From: a virus
Taxonomy: Duplodnaviria > Caudoviricetes
DNA length: 39,520 nt
Direction: 5' to 3' (one strand)
Virus record (IMG/VR): IMGVR_UViG_3300011335_000314
Location: 1-39,520 of that record
Shown here: piece after piece, positions 1-8,725 of the stretch
Layout: each line of letters starts with the position of its first letter
Position numbering within the stretch: the first letter of the stretch is position 1
Translations under genes and position numbers: made by a program
The notes under the pieces: model-generated
Database searches by the model: none
Seen by the model: only the letters and a program-made list of their open reading frames with translations
What the model was told of the DNA's origin: nothing

Positions 1-951
1 GGGCGGCAATCTGTGCTGATGTAAGCACTGGCATTGAACCGTTGCTTGCTAGAGTGTACTGTTCAATTGTTGATTGTGAACCATTATAGCCAGATAAATA
101 AATTGCTGGCCCTGAAGCGGTAATGCTTGTGTATACGTGAGATGTTGATGGATGAGTGTATACAAGGGTAGGGGTTGATGATACCAAAGGTTGGCACTCG
201 TAAACTTTATTGTCTGCGCAGATTACTAGGCGTTGTTTCACATAATCCATTACACCATTTGTAATTACCTGGCTATTATCAAATACTTTGAATTCGTCTG
301 CTGTATTAGTTGAATCACCAGTCAATGGTTTACCAAATGCAGTAAGTTTTGTTATTGCTCCAACAGTTTTATTTGTAATCCAGTAAGCATTAGTTCCATC
401 ATCGCAGATTGCGTAGACTGGGTAAACACCAGCGCCAGCGTTGTAGTCAATAAAATGAACTGGGTTGCTTGGGTCTGTTACTTTAATCTTATCAACATCG
501 TAGCCATCGTGAACCAAGGCGCCAGTAAAGGTGCTCCATTTGATAGAGCGCATATGCTGTTGTACTACACCATTAGATGCAATAGCACCAGTAGTTTCGT
601 GACCTGAAGTCACATTCTTAAGTAGGGTTACTTGTCCTTTTGTCCATACATTTAAACCCTTGCTGTCAGCAAAGCGGTAGTGTCCGTTTTCGTCTGTTGT
701 TGCAGGGTCATAAAACTTAATACCTGAACCAGAGTGGAATGACGCCTGACTTCTAATCCACCAACCAGTTAGAGATTGCTCTCCTGGCTCAGATGAGTTA
801 TCAAATTGCTCTTTGCGATAAGTGGCAGTTTGACGCGTGTATGGGCGTGTGTCATTAATTGCATAAAAGAACGGGAGTCCACCAATTGCTACGTCATAAG
901 ACATATCGGTGTTTTGCCATACAGCAGTAGACGAGTTAACGCCAACATCTG
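1..951. repeat. Imperfect terminal direct repeat, copy 1 (matches 38570-39520)
   Basis: Gap-free alignment at offset 38569. About 82 substitutions by hand count (~91% identity). Positions 825-951 are identical in both copies. Confidence 0.95.
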
Positions 952-1033
952 CTATACCTCTAGCAATAGGTGTTCCATCGCTTGCTAACGCCCAGACATT
1001 GCCATCACCCTCGGTTATATCTCTACCCGCCAA
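1..1033 (-). CDS. Tail protein, 5' part (allele A; runs off the window start and continues circularly into 37560-38569)
   Basis: GGAGG RBS then TTG at 1033 gives MAGRDITEGDGNVWALASDG...NTDMSYDVAIGG, in frame with the 637 aa ORF at the other end. Full length is about 680 aa. Confidence 0.8.
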   Translation of the reverse strand, partial: MAGRDITEGDGNVWALASDGTPIARGIADVGVNSSTAVWQNTDMSYDVAIGGLPFFYAINDTRPYTRQTATYRKEQFDNSSEPGEQSLTGWWIRSQASFHSGSGIKFYDPATTDENGHYRFADSKGLNVWTKGQVTLLKNVTSGHETTGAIASNGVVQQHMRSIKWSTFTGALVHDGYDVDKIKVTDPSNPVHFIDYNAGAGVYPVYAICDDGTNAYWITNKTVGAITKLTAFGKPLTGDSTNTADEFKVFDNSQVITNGVMDYVKQRLVICADNKVYECQPLVSSTPTLVYTHPSTSHVYTSITASGPAIYLSGYNGSQSTIEQYTLASNGSMPVLTSAQIAA

Positions 1034-1063
1034 GGCACACCTCCGTTATATAGAAAAATTAGT

Positions 1064-1091
1064 TGAGCAGTTTTAATCCATACTCAGGGAT
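1064..1091 (-). ncRNA. Candidate compact H-type pseudoknot upstream of the tail gene
   Basis: Minus strand reads ATCC-C-TGAGTA-T-GGAT-TAAAAC-TGCTCA. S1 is ATCC/GGAT and S2 is TGAGTA/TGCTCA. Confidence 0.45.
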
Positions 1092-1097
1092 AAGTAA

Positions 1098-1670
1098 TTA
1101 GGCTATCTTCTTGATGAGAAGATGTTGCTCAGTTTGGTTGACTACCTCATATTGACCATTAATTGCAGCCAAGAAAGCATTCATACCAGGAGCGGAGTTC
1201 CAGTTTTGGTCTGGTACGCAGAAATTCATATCATCACGAACAAGCAAGCCATTTGGCTTAAGTGTTTTCCACGCAGCCATAGCGTCTGCATAAACACCAT
1301 TTTCTGACTTATCTCCATCTAGGTAGATAAAATCGTATGACTCTGTGTTTTGTGCAAAAAATATAGCACTAGGCATCTTATGTTTGATGATATTAGTATA
1401 ATCTTTTACCTTGTTATCATAGACTGCTTCGGTGTCTGCAAACCAATCGTGTGATTCTTGATTTGCACTAGCATCTAATTCCCATCTTTCAACATCAGTA
1501 AGGGTGCAACCCTGACCAGTTAAAAGATTGTTAAGAAGCCATACGCTACCATCACCAGTAAAGACTCCAATTTGTAAAAACTTAAGATTGTCTTTACCTT
1601 TAAAGTCTTGAAGATGTTGAGTAAAGTAATCTTCTGATTTTACTTTGAACCAATTTGGATAATCCATCAT
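1098..1670 (-). CDS. Class I SAM-dependent methyltransferase (Methyltransf_24-like)
   Basis: Motif I LQIGVFTGDG, TDVE, YDFIYLDGD and LKPNGLLVRDD. Confidence 0.8.
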   Translation of the reverse strand: MMDYPNWFKVKSEDYFTQHLQDFKGKDNLKFLQIGVFTGDGSVWLLNNLLTGQGCTLTDVERWELDASANQESHDWFADTEAVYDNKVKDYTNIIKHKMPSAIFFAQNTESYDFIYLDGDKSENGVYADAMAAWKTLKPNGLLVRDDMNFCVPDQNWNSAPGMNAFLAAINGQYEVVNQTEQHLLIKKIA

Positions 1671-3013
1671 TAGATTGTCACCGTTCCACTTCCTGCTGTA
1701 AACTTGTAAACACGATATCCTGCACGAGTTGATGTATCAACTGTGTATGTTAGTGTGCCAGGGATTGTTGTAAGTGCTGGCGCTGCAGATGGGTATGCGT
1801 AAATTACAACTCCGCTACCACCGAGTTTATCACCGCCACCAAAGTTGCCACCTGCGCCTGCGCCTGCACCTGTATTTGCTGCACCAGAGTTACCCTTTCC
1901 AGTCCCGCCCAAACCTGTTGAACCAGCATTTGAGTATTGACCACCAACACCGCCACCTGCGTAGTAAGTTAATACTCCAGTAATGCTAGAACCTATACCA
2001 TTTCCAGATGACCAGCCTGATGCAGAACCACCTGCTCCGCCGCCGCCTGCTTCAGATGCGTAAGTGGTATTAGGAGATGGAGTGGTACCACCATTTCCAC
2101 CATCAAGACCAGTACCACCACTGTAAGCAGTAGTGCTGCCTTCTGAGCGTCCACCTGAACCAGAAGAGCCATTAGCACCATTACTGCTGCCTGAAACACC
2201 TGCTGCACCACCAGTAGCGGTAATAGTTGTTGAACTATAAGTAAGTGTAGATGACCCACCAGAAGTATTAACGGCGGGAGTTGGAGCAACGTTAACAGTA
2301 AATGAACTACCAATTGCCGTATTTGCTATAGTAGTAGAAGTCTTTACTGCACCACCACCAGCACCTGAACGGCTAACGCTTCCACCAGCAGAACCACCTG
2401 CGCCAACAACTAAGTATTCAACATAGAATGGGTAAGGGGCTACGGGCATAGTATATGGAACTGTAGCGCCAATACCGTACGCACCAGATGAGTTCTTGAA
2501 TGCAATTATAAAGTTGTTTAAAGCATTAGGTGTAGTATTTGATGCGGTAACTGTTACTGTTGCACCAGATGTTGTAGAACTAAAGTTAAGAATGTCTCCA
2601 GTTGTTGTAAGAAGATGAGCACTTACTGCATCTGCTGGTGCTGTATCCCAGGTTCCAGTTATAACTCCACCAAGACCAAGAGATAGCGCACCATTTGTAG
2701 GTGCAGCAAGTTGAATTACAGATATAGGTGTTATCTCAATACCAAATGGGTATGTAAGGCTACCAGGAATAACAATTTTAGTAACAGTAACTGGTACTGA
2801 AATAAAGCCTGAACCACCACGAATAGTACCGCTAAAAGTGTGTCCCGTCGCATCCTGCAACGAAATGGTCATTGTCTGGGTTGTATCTGTTTTAATAAGA
2901 TAAGTGCCAGCGGCCAATGAATTGGATAGTGTAAATGTACCAGCAACGCCAGCAGTCCAACCAGTATTGGTTGTTGCCGCAGTTGATGCTACAGGGAATA
3001 CCGATGATGCCAT
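1670..3013 (-). CDS. Tail fibre/spike-like protein with glycine-rich C-terminal domain
   Basis: Thr/Ser/Gly-rich. VEYLVVGAGGS...GGGGAGG...YYAGGG...GGSGVVIY pattern. Lies in the tail module. Confidence 0.7.
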   Translation of the reverse strand: MASSVFPVASTAATTNTGWTAGVAGTFTLSNSLAAGTYLIKTDTTQTMTISLQDATGHTFSGTIRGGSGFISVPVTVTKIVIPGSLTYPFGIEITPISVIQLAAPTNGALSLGLGGVITGTWDTAPADAVSAHLLTTTGDILNFSSTTSGATVTVTASNTTPNALNNFIIAFKNSSGAYGIGATVPYTMPVAPYPFYVEYLVVGAGGSAGGSVSRSGAGGGAVKTSTTIANTAIGSSFTVNVAPTPAVNTSGGSSTLTYSSTTITATGGAAGVSGSSNGANGSSGSGGRSEGSTTAYSGGTGLDGGNGGTTPSPNTTYASEAGGGGAGGSASGWSSGNGIGSSITGVLTYYAGGGVGGQYSNAGSTGLGGTGKGNSGAANTGAGAGAGGNFGGGDKLGGSGVVIYAYPSAAPALTTIPGTLTYTVDTSTRAGYRVYKFTAGSGTVTI

Positions 3014-3315
3014 TATACTATCTCCACTCCGCTAATGTGAAACTTAACTGTAACTGCTGATGCAAGACCAGCAATAATTTTAGTTGTTGTCAGCACTTGT
3101 TTTAAATCAAAAGTTGCAGTTGAGTTAGCAGCAATGGCTGCATCTTTAAACAAATCAACACCATCAAGTGTGATTGTAAATGTAGCAGCAGATGCTGCTG
3201 AGTTAGTTACCACAATGTTAGTTACAACTGTTGTAGTTGATGCTGGTACTGTGTATAAAGTTGTGCTTGATGTTGCTGCTGCTGTACGAGACAGAGCCTT
3301 TGATGTTGTAGCCAT
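3013..3315 (-). CDS. Small virion/tail-associated protein
   Basis: 100 aa, beta-rich TLYTVPASTTTVVTNIVVTN pattern. Stop overlaps the start of the next gene. Confidence 0.65.
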   Translation of the reverse strand: MATTSKALSRTAAATSSTTLYTVPASTTTVVTNIVVTNSAASAATFTITLDGVDLFKDAAIAANSTATFDLKQVLTTTKIIAGLASAVTVKFHISGVEIV

Positions 3316-3333
3316 TAGTTACTACCTTTTCTG

Positions 3334-5052
3334 TTAGATTGCGCCCATAAGAGCGAGTATATAGTTGTCGTCAATTGCGCTTACATTTACTGCAGCCCAA
3401 GAAGAAGTTGTTCCATTTGTAGTTAGATACTTGCCTGAGTTACCAGTTTGGGAAGGAACTACATAAGTAGTTGAATCTGTAGCCACAAGAGTCTTGCTTG
3501 ATGGGATTGCTGTACCGTTAATAGATGTAGCAGTAGCCGCACCAAGAACGGGAGTAATAAGAGTTGGTGTATTGTCCATTACAAACTTAGTACCAGTACC
3601 AGTCTGTGAAGCAATAGATGTTGCTGCTCCAACAGATGTAATTGGACCAGTCAAGTTGCTAGGTGCGAGTACTACGTTATCAAGGTAGTACTTAGTAACC
3701 GCATCCTGTGCGTTAGTTGGGTCTCCCAGACCTGTAATCTTGTTAGTTCCCATAGCAAGAGCACCAGTCATAGTGCTACCAGACTTGAGTACTACTGTGT
3801 CTGAGAAGTTCCCAGTATCAGCGATGGCTGCAGCAATCTCATCAAGAGTATCAAGGGTTGAAGGTGCTCCAGCAACAAGGTTAGATATTGCTGTTCCAAC
3901 ATATGCTGTGGTTGCTACCTGAGTAGTGTTAGTACCAGCAGTAGCAGTAGGAGCAGTAGGAACGCCAGTAAGTGCAGGAGAAGCCAATGGAGCGTATGTG
4001 CTTGCTGCTGTGGCTGTAGCCAACTTAGCATCCAACTGAGTCTGAATAGCAGAGGTCACGCCATCTAGGTATCCAAGTTCTGTAGTAGATACCGTAGATG
4101 AAGGAGCAATCTTGCTCCAGTCAATTGCAGCAGAAGCGTTGATGTCTGCATTAACAATACCGTTGGTCAAGGCCAACTTGCCGTAGGCAATCTGAGCAGA
4201 TGTATTAACGTCTGCGTTGACAATTGCTCCAGTGCCAATGACTGTGGTGAGGCTTACGTTGCCAGTTCCATCAAAGGTAACTCCGCTTGCTTCTACATCT
4301 CCAGTGAGTTGGAATGTGCGAGCAGTTGCCAAGGCTGTGGCTGTAGCAGCATTACCTGTTGTAGAGCCAGAAGTACCTGATACGTTGCCTGTAACGTTAC
4401 CTATAAATGTACCAGAAATAGTACCAGTACCAGTAATAGTTGGGCTAGCAATAGTTGGGCTAGTTCCAAGGACGTTAGCGCCTGAACCAGTTGAGGTTGT
4501 TACACCAGTACCACCATTGGCTACTGGAAGAGTTCCAGTTACGCCTGTTGTTAAAGGTAATCCAGTTGCATTGGTTAGCACACCAGATGCTGGAGTTCCA
4601 AGCGCAGGTGTTACAAGAGTAGGAGATGTAGCAAATACTAAAGAACCAGTACCTGTCTCATCAGAGATAACTCCACGAAGTTCAGTAGATGTTGTTGCTG
4701 CGTGACCTGCAAGTGTTGAGTTAATGTGGTCATTGGCTTCTTGGTAATCTCTACCAATTGCCATATGACGTACTACCGCACCAGCAGAGTGAGCAACACC
4801 AGTTCCAGGAGTTGGTCCGTCAATACCGCGAGCAATAGTTAATGAGTTGCCAGTTGAATAAACCGTAACATCTACAATTTCTTCAAGAGCGGTATCTGGG
4901 TCAATAACAACTGTGTATGTTGTTGTACCAGTTAATGTCTTTCCACCCATAAGAGCGGAACCAGAGATTACGGACATTGTGGTAGCAGTGGATGTTATAG
5001 GTGCAGATAATGTAGTCTGCTGTGCTCTGGATGAATATTTTCTGGCTGTCAT
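3334..5052 (-). CDS. Tail fibre protein
   Basis: 572 aa, Thr/Gly/Ala-rich, with fibre-type repeats (IVNADVN/IVNADIN, TGTG..VF..SPTL.TP.LG twice, APLASPALTGVPTAPT, APSTLDTLDEIAAAI, PSQTGNSGKYLTTNG). Confidence 0.8.
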   Translation of the reverse strand: MTARKYSSRAQQTTLSAPITSTATTMSVISGSALMGGKTLTGTTTYTVVIDPDTALEEIVDVTVYSTGNSLTIARGIDGPTPGTGVAHSAGAVVRHMAIGRDYQEANDHINSTLAGHAATTSTELRGVISDETGTGSLVFATSPTLVTPALGTPASGVLTNATGLPLTTGVTGTLPVANGGTGVTTSTGSGANVLGTSPTIASPTITGTGTISGTFIGNVTGNVSGTSGSTTGNAATATALATARTFQLTGDVEASGVTFDGTGNVSLTTVIGTGAIVNADVNTSAQIAYGKLALTNGIVNADINASAAIDWSKIAPSSTVSTTELGYLDGVTSAIQTQLDAKLATATAASTYAPLASPALTGVPTAPTATAGTNTTQVATTAYVGTAISNLVAGAPSTLDTLDEIAAAIADTGNFSDTVVLKSGSTMTGALAMGTNKITGLGDPTNAQDAVTKYYLDNVVLAPSNLTGPITSVGAATSIASQTGTGTKFVMDNTPTLITPVLGAATATSINGTAIPSSKTLVATDSTTYVVPSQTGNSGKYLTTNGTTSSWAAVNVSAIDDNYILALMGAI

Positions 5053-5061
5053 TGCTGGTCC

Positions 5062-6018
5062 TTATCGGCGGGAGTAGTGGACTTTAGGTGGATAGTTTTG
5101 TTGTTGTGCTTTTGTCTCTTCATTTAAGCGTTGAGTATAAAGAGCATACAACTGCTTAGTAGCATCTCTGCTCGCACCATATGGGCGCTTAGAATCTGTT
5201 TCATCAGCCTGTGGGCTAACCTGAGCAGCGCGTGCTGGGTCAAGGAATGAAAGCAAACGGTAGGCTGCACCAAGAACCACTACGTCCCGCGTAGATTCTG
5301 GTAGACCAGTTAATGTTGTATATACTTGATTTCCAGTAAGAGTAATGGTTGATAATTCGGCAAATGGTTCAGGGTCTGTTGCGTAGATAACCTTGACTGT
5401 TCGACCAGAGATAGGTGCATCCCCAAGCGTAATAGTCTGTACAATATCTGTTCCAGTTGTATATCCAAATGCTTCTGGATTAGCAGATGAATCGAAGTCC
5501 CAATGACGAATTGGAACCCATTCCTTGCTAGGTCCGATACTCTGCCAACTGATTGTCAAGATGTTCTTGATATTCTTATTGGCAAATGCGTATGTAGATA
5601 CAGCAGCGTTAAATGTAAAGGTTGTTGACTTTACGGCAAAGATGTTTGCCCCAAGAGAACGAATAGTATCATTGATTGCACGCTTAATTGTAAAACGTGG
5701 GAATGTGGGTGAAATAGTTACTTTAGCATCAAGAAGGTGTTGTGCTGCAGTCGTTCCTAGATATCCGCGTCCGTAAGGCGCAACCGTTGCCGTGTTTGCT
5801 ATACGGTCAAATGAATCAATCCATAGTAGTTCTTCGTCAATCTCAAGAATACCCTTACCGACTGACTCTGTTGAGCCAAGTTGCAAGGTAGTTGGAGATG
5901 CTCCAGAACTTGTTGTAGTTGTTACAGCACTCTTAAGATATGTGCTACGGTCTTGCTGGAATGTATATCCTGCAAGATTGATAAGTACTTCATCAATCAT
6001 ATTGGTTAATGTTGTCAT
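5062..6018 (-). CDS. Putative head-tail adaptor / tail tubular protein
   Basis: 318 aa, located between head and fibre genes. LPES..DVVVLGAAYRLL helix resembles adaptor proteins. Confidence 0.5.
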   Translation of the reverse strand: MTTLTNMIDEVLINLAGYTFQQDRSTYLKSAVTTTTSSGASPTTLQLGSTESVGKGILEIDEELLWIDSFDRIANTATVAPYGRGYLGTTAAQHLLDAKVTISPTFPRFTIKRAINDTIRSLGANIFAVKSTTFTFNAAVSTYAFANKNIKNILTISWQSIGPSKEWVPIRHWDFDSSANPEAFGYTTGTDIVQTITLGDAPISGRTVKVIYATDPEPFAELSTITLTGNQVYTTLTGLPESTRDVVVLGAAYRLLSFLDPARAAQVSPQADETDSKRPYGASRDATKQLYALYTQRLNEETKAQQQNYPPKVHYSRR

Positions 6019-6269
6019 GCGTTGATGCTCCTTAGGGCTGCAGGGGCTGCAAGCCCAGTAGTGCTAGCGAGTTCATTGCAAACTCCATCGATGTCTTTAA
6101 ACTTGTCACGCGTACGTACTGCAGATACCTTAATATTTAAGGCGCCTACGGTTGCAAGTCCAGTTGTTCCAGCCCAGGCATTAGCGGCGCCCTGTTCATC
6201 AAGTCCAGTAGTTCCTGCTAACCTATTAAGTTCTGCTGTAAGACTACTTCCTGCTTTGCCTAGTGCCAT
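6015..6269 (-). CDS. Hypothetical virion protein
   Basis: 84 aa with internal TTGL repeats. GAAAGG RBS and ATGA overlap with the next gene. Confidence 0.65.
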   Translation of the reverse strand: MALGKAGSSLTAELNRLAGTTGLDEQGAANAWAGTTGLATVGALNIKVSAVRTRDKFKDIDGVCNELASTTGLAAPAALRSINA

Positions 6270-6281
6270 TGTTAACCTTTC

Positions 6282-7013
6282 CTAGCGCTTTGGTAAAATT
6301 AAATTTGATTTTTCTTTAGGCTTGTTACCGCCAAAGAATGCTTTATAGTAATGCTCATCAAATGAAAAGCGTTTCATATGTGGGACTACCGCACCCGTGT
6401 GACAATAGACTGGAACATCGGCTTTGCCAACTAGAGCGAAGAAGTAGATATCTTCACCCATAAATGTCTTGCCTGTTCCAATTTCATTGAAGATAGCAAC
6501 ATCGTTGCCAACCGCCTCAATAATCTTGTCAATTACACTTTTGTGCATAAGAACAAATCCCATACCCGCTGCCTCAACTTTGATAAGTTTATTCTCTGGC
6601 ATTGGGTGAACTCTCTTGATACCAACCACGCCATCTTCTGCTTCTGCAAAGTTAAAGATAGTTGGCATTGGAATCATCAAAGGTTCTTCTGGTGTATCTG
6701 TCGTAAAATAAACTCCAGTTACAACGGGGCGCTCTACGGCGTCCTTGTTGTCCCACAAGAGTTTAAACTTCTCTGGACTAATAACAACATCTGAGTCAAC
6801 CCATAGAAGCCAATCAGAAGTGTTGTTTTCATACCAGTAACGAATTATCTTTTCACGCTGTCTTGCAATCTGGTTGCCTTGACTTCTTAGTGTGGAGGTA
6901 AAGTTGACGCCAGATTTAAGCATAACGTCTGTGACGCCTTGCATAAACTTGCCGTCAACCATACCGTTGTCACACCATGCGATTGATACTGTTTCTTGCA
7001 TTTTTGTCCCCAT
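6282..7013 (-). CDS. Glycosyltransferase (GT-A fold, family 2-like)
   Basis: IARQRE, DWLLWVDSD (DxD), AAGMGFVLMHKSV, GEDIYF and C-terminal PHMK. Confidence 0.8.
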   Translation of the reverse strand: MGTKMQETVSIAWCDNGMVDGKFMQGVTDVMLKSGVNFTSTLRSQGNQIARQREKIIRYWYENNTSDWLLWVDSDVVISPEKFKLLWDNKDAVERPVVTGVYFTTDTPEEPLMIPMPTIFNFAEAEDGVVGIKRVHPMPENKLIKVEAAGMGFVLMHKSVIDKIIEAVGNDVAIFNEIGTGKTFMGEDIYFFALVGKADVPVYCHTGAVVPHMKRFSFDEHYYKAFFGGNKPKEKSNLILPKR

Positions 7014-7023
7014 CTTTGTTGCT

Positions 7024-7281
7024 TTACTTCTTTTGCGTCTTTTGAGTATTAACTCCAGGTGAGTTCTTTGGCTTGTAGAGGTTGTTCATAAAGCGTGTCT
7101 CACCATAGAGACGACGAACTGCTTCTATATACTCTTGATTACCTGGCATATTTTTTACTTTTGGGTTAGAATAGTCCTTAAGATTATTAAGGGCATCCTT
7201 CATACCTATACCCTTGACTGCATCAATCATGTCTTGCGATACTTTAACTTTTCTGTTCCACTTGCTCTTATCAATTGCCAT
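7024..7281 (-). CDS. Hypothetical basic protein
   Basis: 85 aa ORF tightly packed in the operon. Confidence 0.65.
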   Translation of the reverse strand: MAIDKSKWNRKVKVSQDMIDAVKGIGMKDALNNLKDYSNPKVKNMPGNQEYIEAVRRLYGETRFMNNLYKPKNSPGVNTQKTQKK

Positions 7282-7282
7282 T

Positions 7283-7561
7283 TTACCACTTTACCTTGTC
7301 TGCCCAATATGCGGCACTTAGTTTTCCTTTGGATATATTACTTGCGTGTCTTGCTTTAAAAGACTTACGTCTTGCCGCATATGCTGCAGACTCTCCAGCC
7401 TTTTTTGGAGAACCGCTTACGCCCTGTTGGCCGAAGCGAATGGTTTTAATCTGGTCCCCAACTTTAGCAACAACTACGTGTGACTTCTTTGGGTGGTTGG
7501 GTGTTTTCTTTGGCTTGTTAAAGCCTGACACGCCAGCCCTAGTTAATCTTGAGTCTTTCAT
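7283..7561 (-). CDS. Conserved basic phage protein (DUF6321-like)
   Basis: PKKTPNHPKKSHVVVAK...IRFGQQG...SFKARH...AYWADKVKW pattern. Confidence 0.7.
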   Translation of the reverse strand: MKDSRLTRAGVSGFNKPKKTPNHPKKSHVVVAKVGDQIKTIRFGQQGVSGSPKKAGESAAYAARRKSFKARHASNISKGKLSAAYWADKVKW

Positions 7562-7953
7562 CTGTAACCCTTTGTTTTCTTTGCTATTGCTTTAGGTTGC
7601 TTTACAAACTGCTTGCCCTGTGCAGTACCTTTTCGCTTTGCTGCAGTCGTGCTAGCATATTCCTTTTTGGTTAATGCTGCACGTGCCTTCTTGGGTAGAT
7701 ATCTCTCACCTGTTGCCTTAGCACCTTGTGTGCTTGGCTTGCCAGATTTGGTTCCCCAGTCTTCCTTTGTCCACTTGGACAAGGATTTCTGACCAGAAGT
7801 TTTGGAACCAGAGTATCCTCCACCAGATTTTTTGTAAGCCTGAGCAACGAGTTGTGCTTTACGAGCAGACCATTGACCAGGCTTGCCACCTTGAGAACTA
7901 GCCATAACGCGGTTCTTAATTCGCTCTCTTAGTTCAGGCTTGGTGTAAGTCAT
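7558..7953 (-). CDS. Conserved basic phage protein (DUF5872-like)
   Basis: YTKPELRERIK...GGKPGQWSARKAQ...GGGY...SLSKWTKEDW...RYLP pattern. Confidence 0.75.
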   Translation of the reverse strand: MTYTKPELRERIKNRVMASSQGGKPGQWSARKAQLVAQAYKKSGGGYSGSKTSGQKSLSKWTKEDWGTKSGKPSTQGAKATGERYLPKKARAALTKKEYASTTAAKRKGTAQGKQFVKQPKAIAKKTKGYR

Positions 7954-7954
7954 A

Positions 7955-8290
7955 TTACTTATCTAAGCGTCCACTCTGAGAAAGCATCTTCTTCAAGTAT
8001 GCTTTTTGCTCAGGTGTAAATACTTTTCCATTATTCATCAATTGCCTTGTGGGACGATTTTGTTTTGTAAGAGTATTTACTAATGCTCCAGCAACTTTGC
8101 CTGCTGTTGATTTTGGCTTTGTCTTTGCTCCTGTTGCCTTACCAGCGGCTGCGGCCTTAGCCTTAGCAGCAGCACTCATAGGTGCTGGTGAATACTTTGT
8201 TGATGCTTTCTTCTTTGGTGGGACTGGAACTCCTGGACCTTGTTCATCATAACCTGGACCTGGGTATCTTCCGTTTTTCTTTAGTGCCAT
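7955..8290 (-). CDS. Hypothetical Lys/Ala-rich protein
   Basis: Likely start MALKKNG at 8290, immediately after the upstream stop. Confidence 0.6.
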   Translation of the reverse strand: MALKKNGRYPGPGYDEQGPGVPVPPKKKASTKYSPAPMSAAAKAKAAAAGKATGAKTKPKSTAGKVAGALVNTLTKQNRPTRQLMNNGKVFTPEQKAYLKKMLSQSGRLDK

Positions 8291-8291
8291 T

Positions 8292-8564
8292 TTATTTACC
8301 CTTTGTTTTCTTTTTGATTTGTTTATTGGTTTTATCATCATAACGGCGACCTTGAAGTAATGCGCCTAACATTTGCCCAAACTGTGCGTCTTCTAACTTT
8401 TTAGCATCATTTGCCATACCCTGGTAGTATTCGCGCCCCTTACCATTGTTAGCCATTTCGTTTGGCGGGTAAGTGCTTCCCTTGGAAGAGTTTGCTGAAG
8501 TTTTACCAAAAGCCTTGCTATACTGCTTGGCTTCCTTTATAAGATTCTCTAAGTAGTTTGCCAC
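8292..8564 (-). CDS. Hypothetical protein
   Basis: 90 aa, GTG start, tightly packed in the operon. Confidence 0.65.
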   Translation of the reverse strand: MANYLENLIKEAKQYSKAFGKTSANSSKGSTYPPNEMANNGKGREYYQGMANDAKKLEDAQFGQMLGALLQGRRYDDKTNKQIKKKTKGK

Positions 8565-8566
8565 AA

Positions 8567-8725
8567 TTACATACCCTTCTTGCGTACCATTGTAGATTTC
8601 TTTGCAACACGCTTAGCAACCTTCTTCTTGGTGCCATATTCCTTCATGCGCATAGCAGGAGATTCTGTCTTCTCATGCATCTTCATGACTTTCTTTGATG
8701 TGTACTTCTCGCCTTTAACTGACAT
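8567..8725 (-). CDS. Very basic 52 aa protein (not in the ORF track)
   Basis: MSVKGEKYTSKKVMKMHEKTESPAMRMKEYGTKKKVAKRVAKKSTMVRKKGM fills the gap exactly, with a TAATG overlap. Confidence 0.7.
   Translation of the reverse strand: MSVKGEKYTSKKVMKMHEKTESPAMRMKEYGTKKKVAKRVAKKSTMVRKKGM

Noticed and set aside
1-951. Diversity-generating retroelement TR/VR pair
   Set aside because: There is no reverse transcriptase. The differences are not adenine-specific, are mostly synonymous and extend over ~800 bp.
4217-4705. Plus-strand ORFs antisense to structural genes (e.g. 4217-4705, 11289-11690, 11775-12167, 19109-19510)
   Set aside because: These are shadow frames of biased-codon genes on the opposite strand, with no RBS or recognisable motifs.
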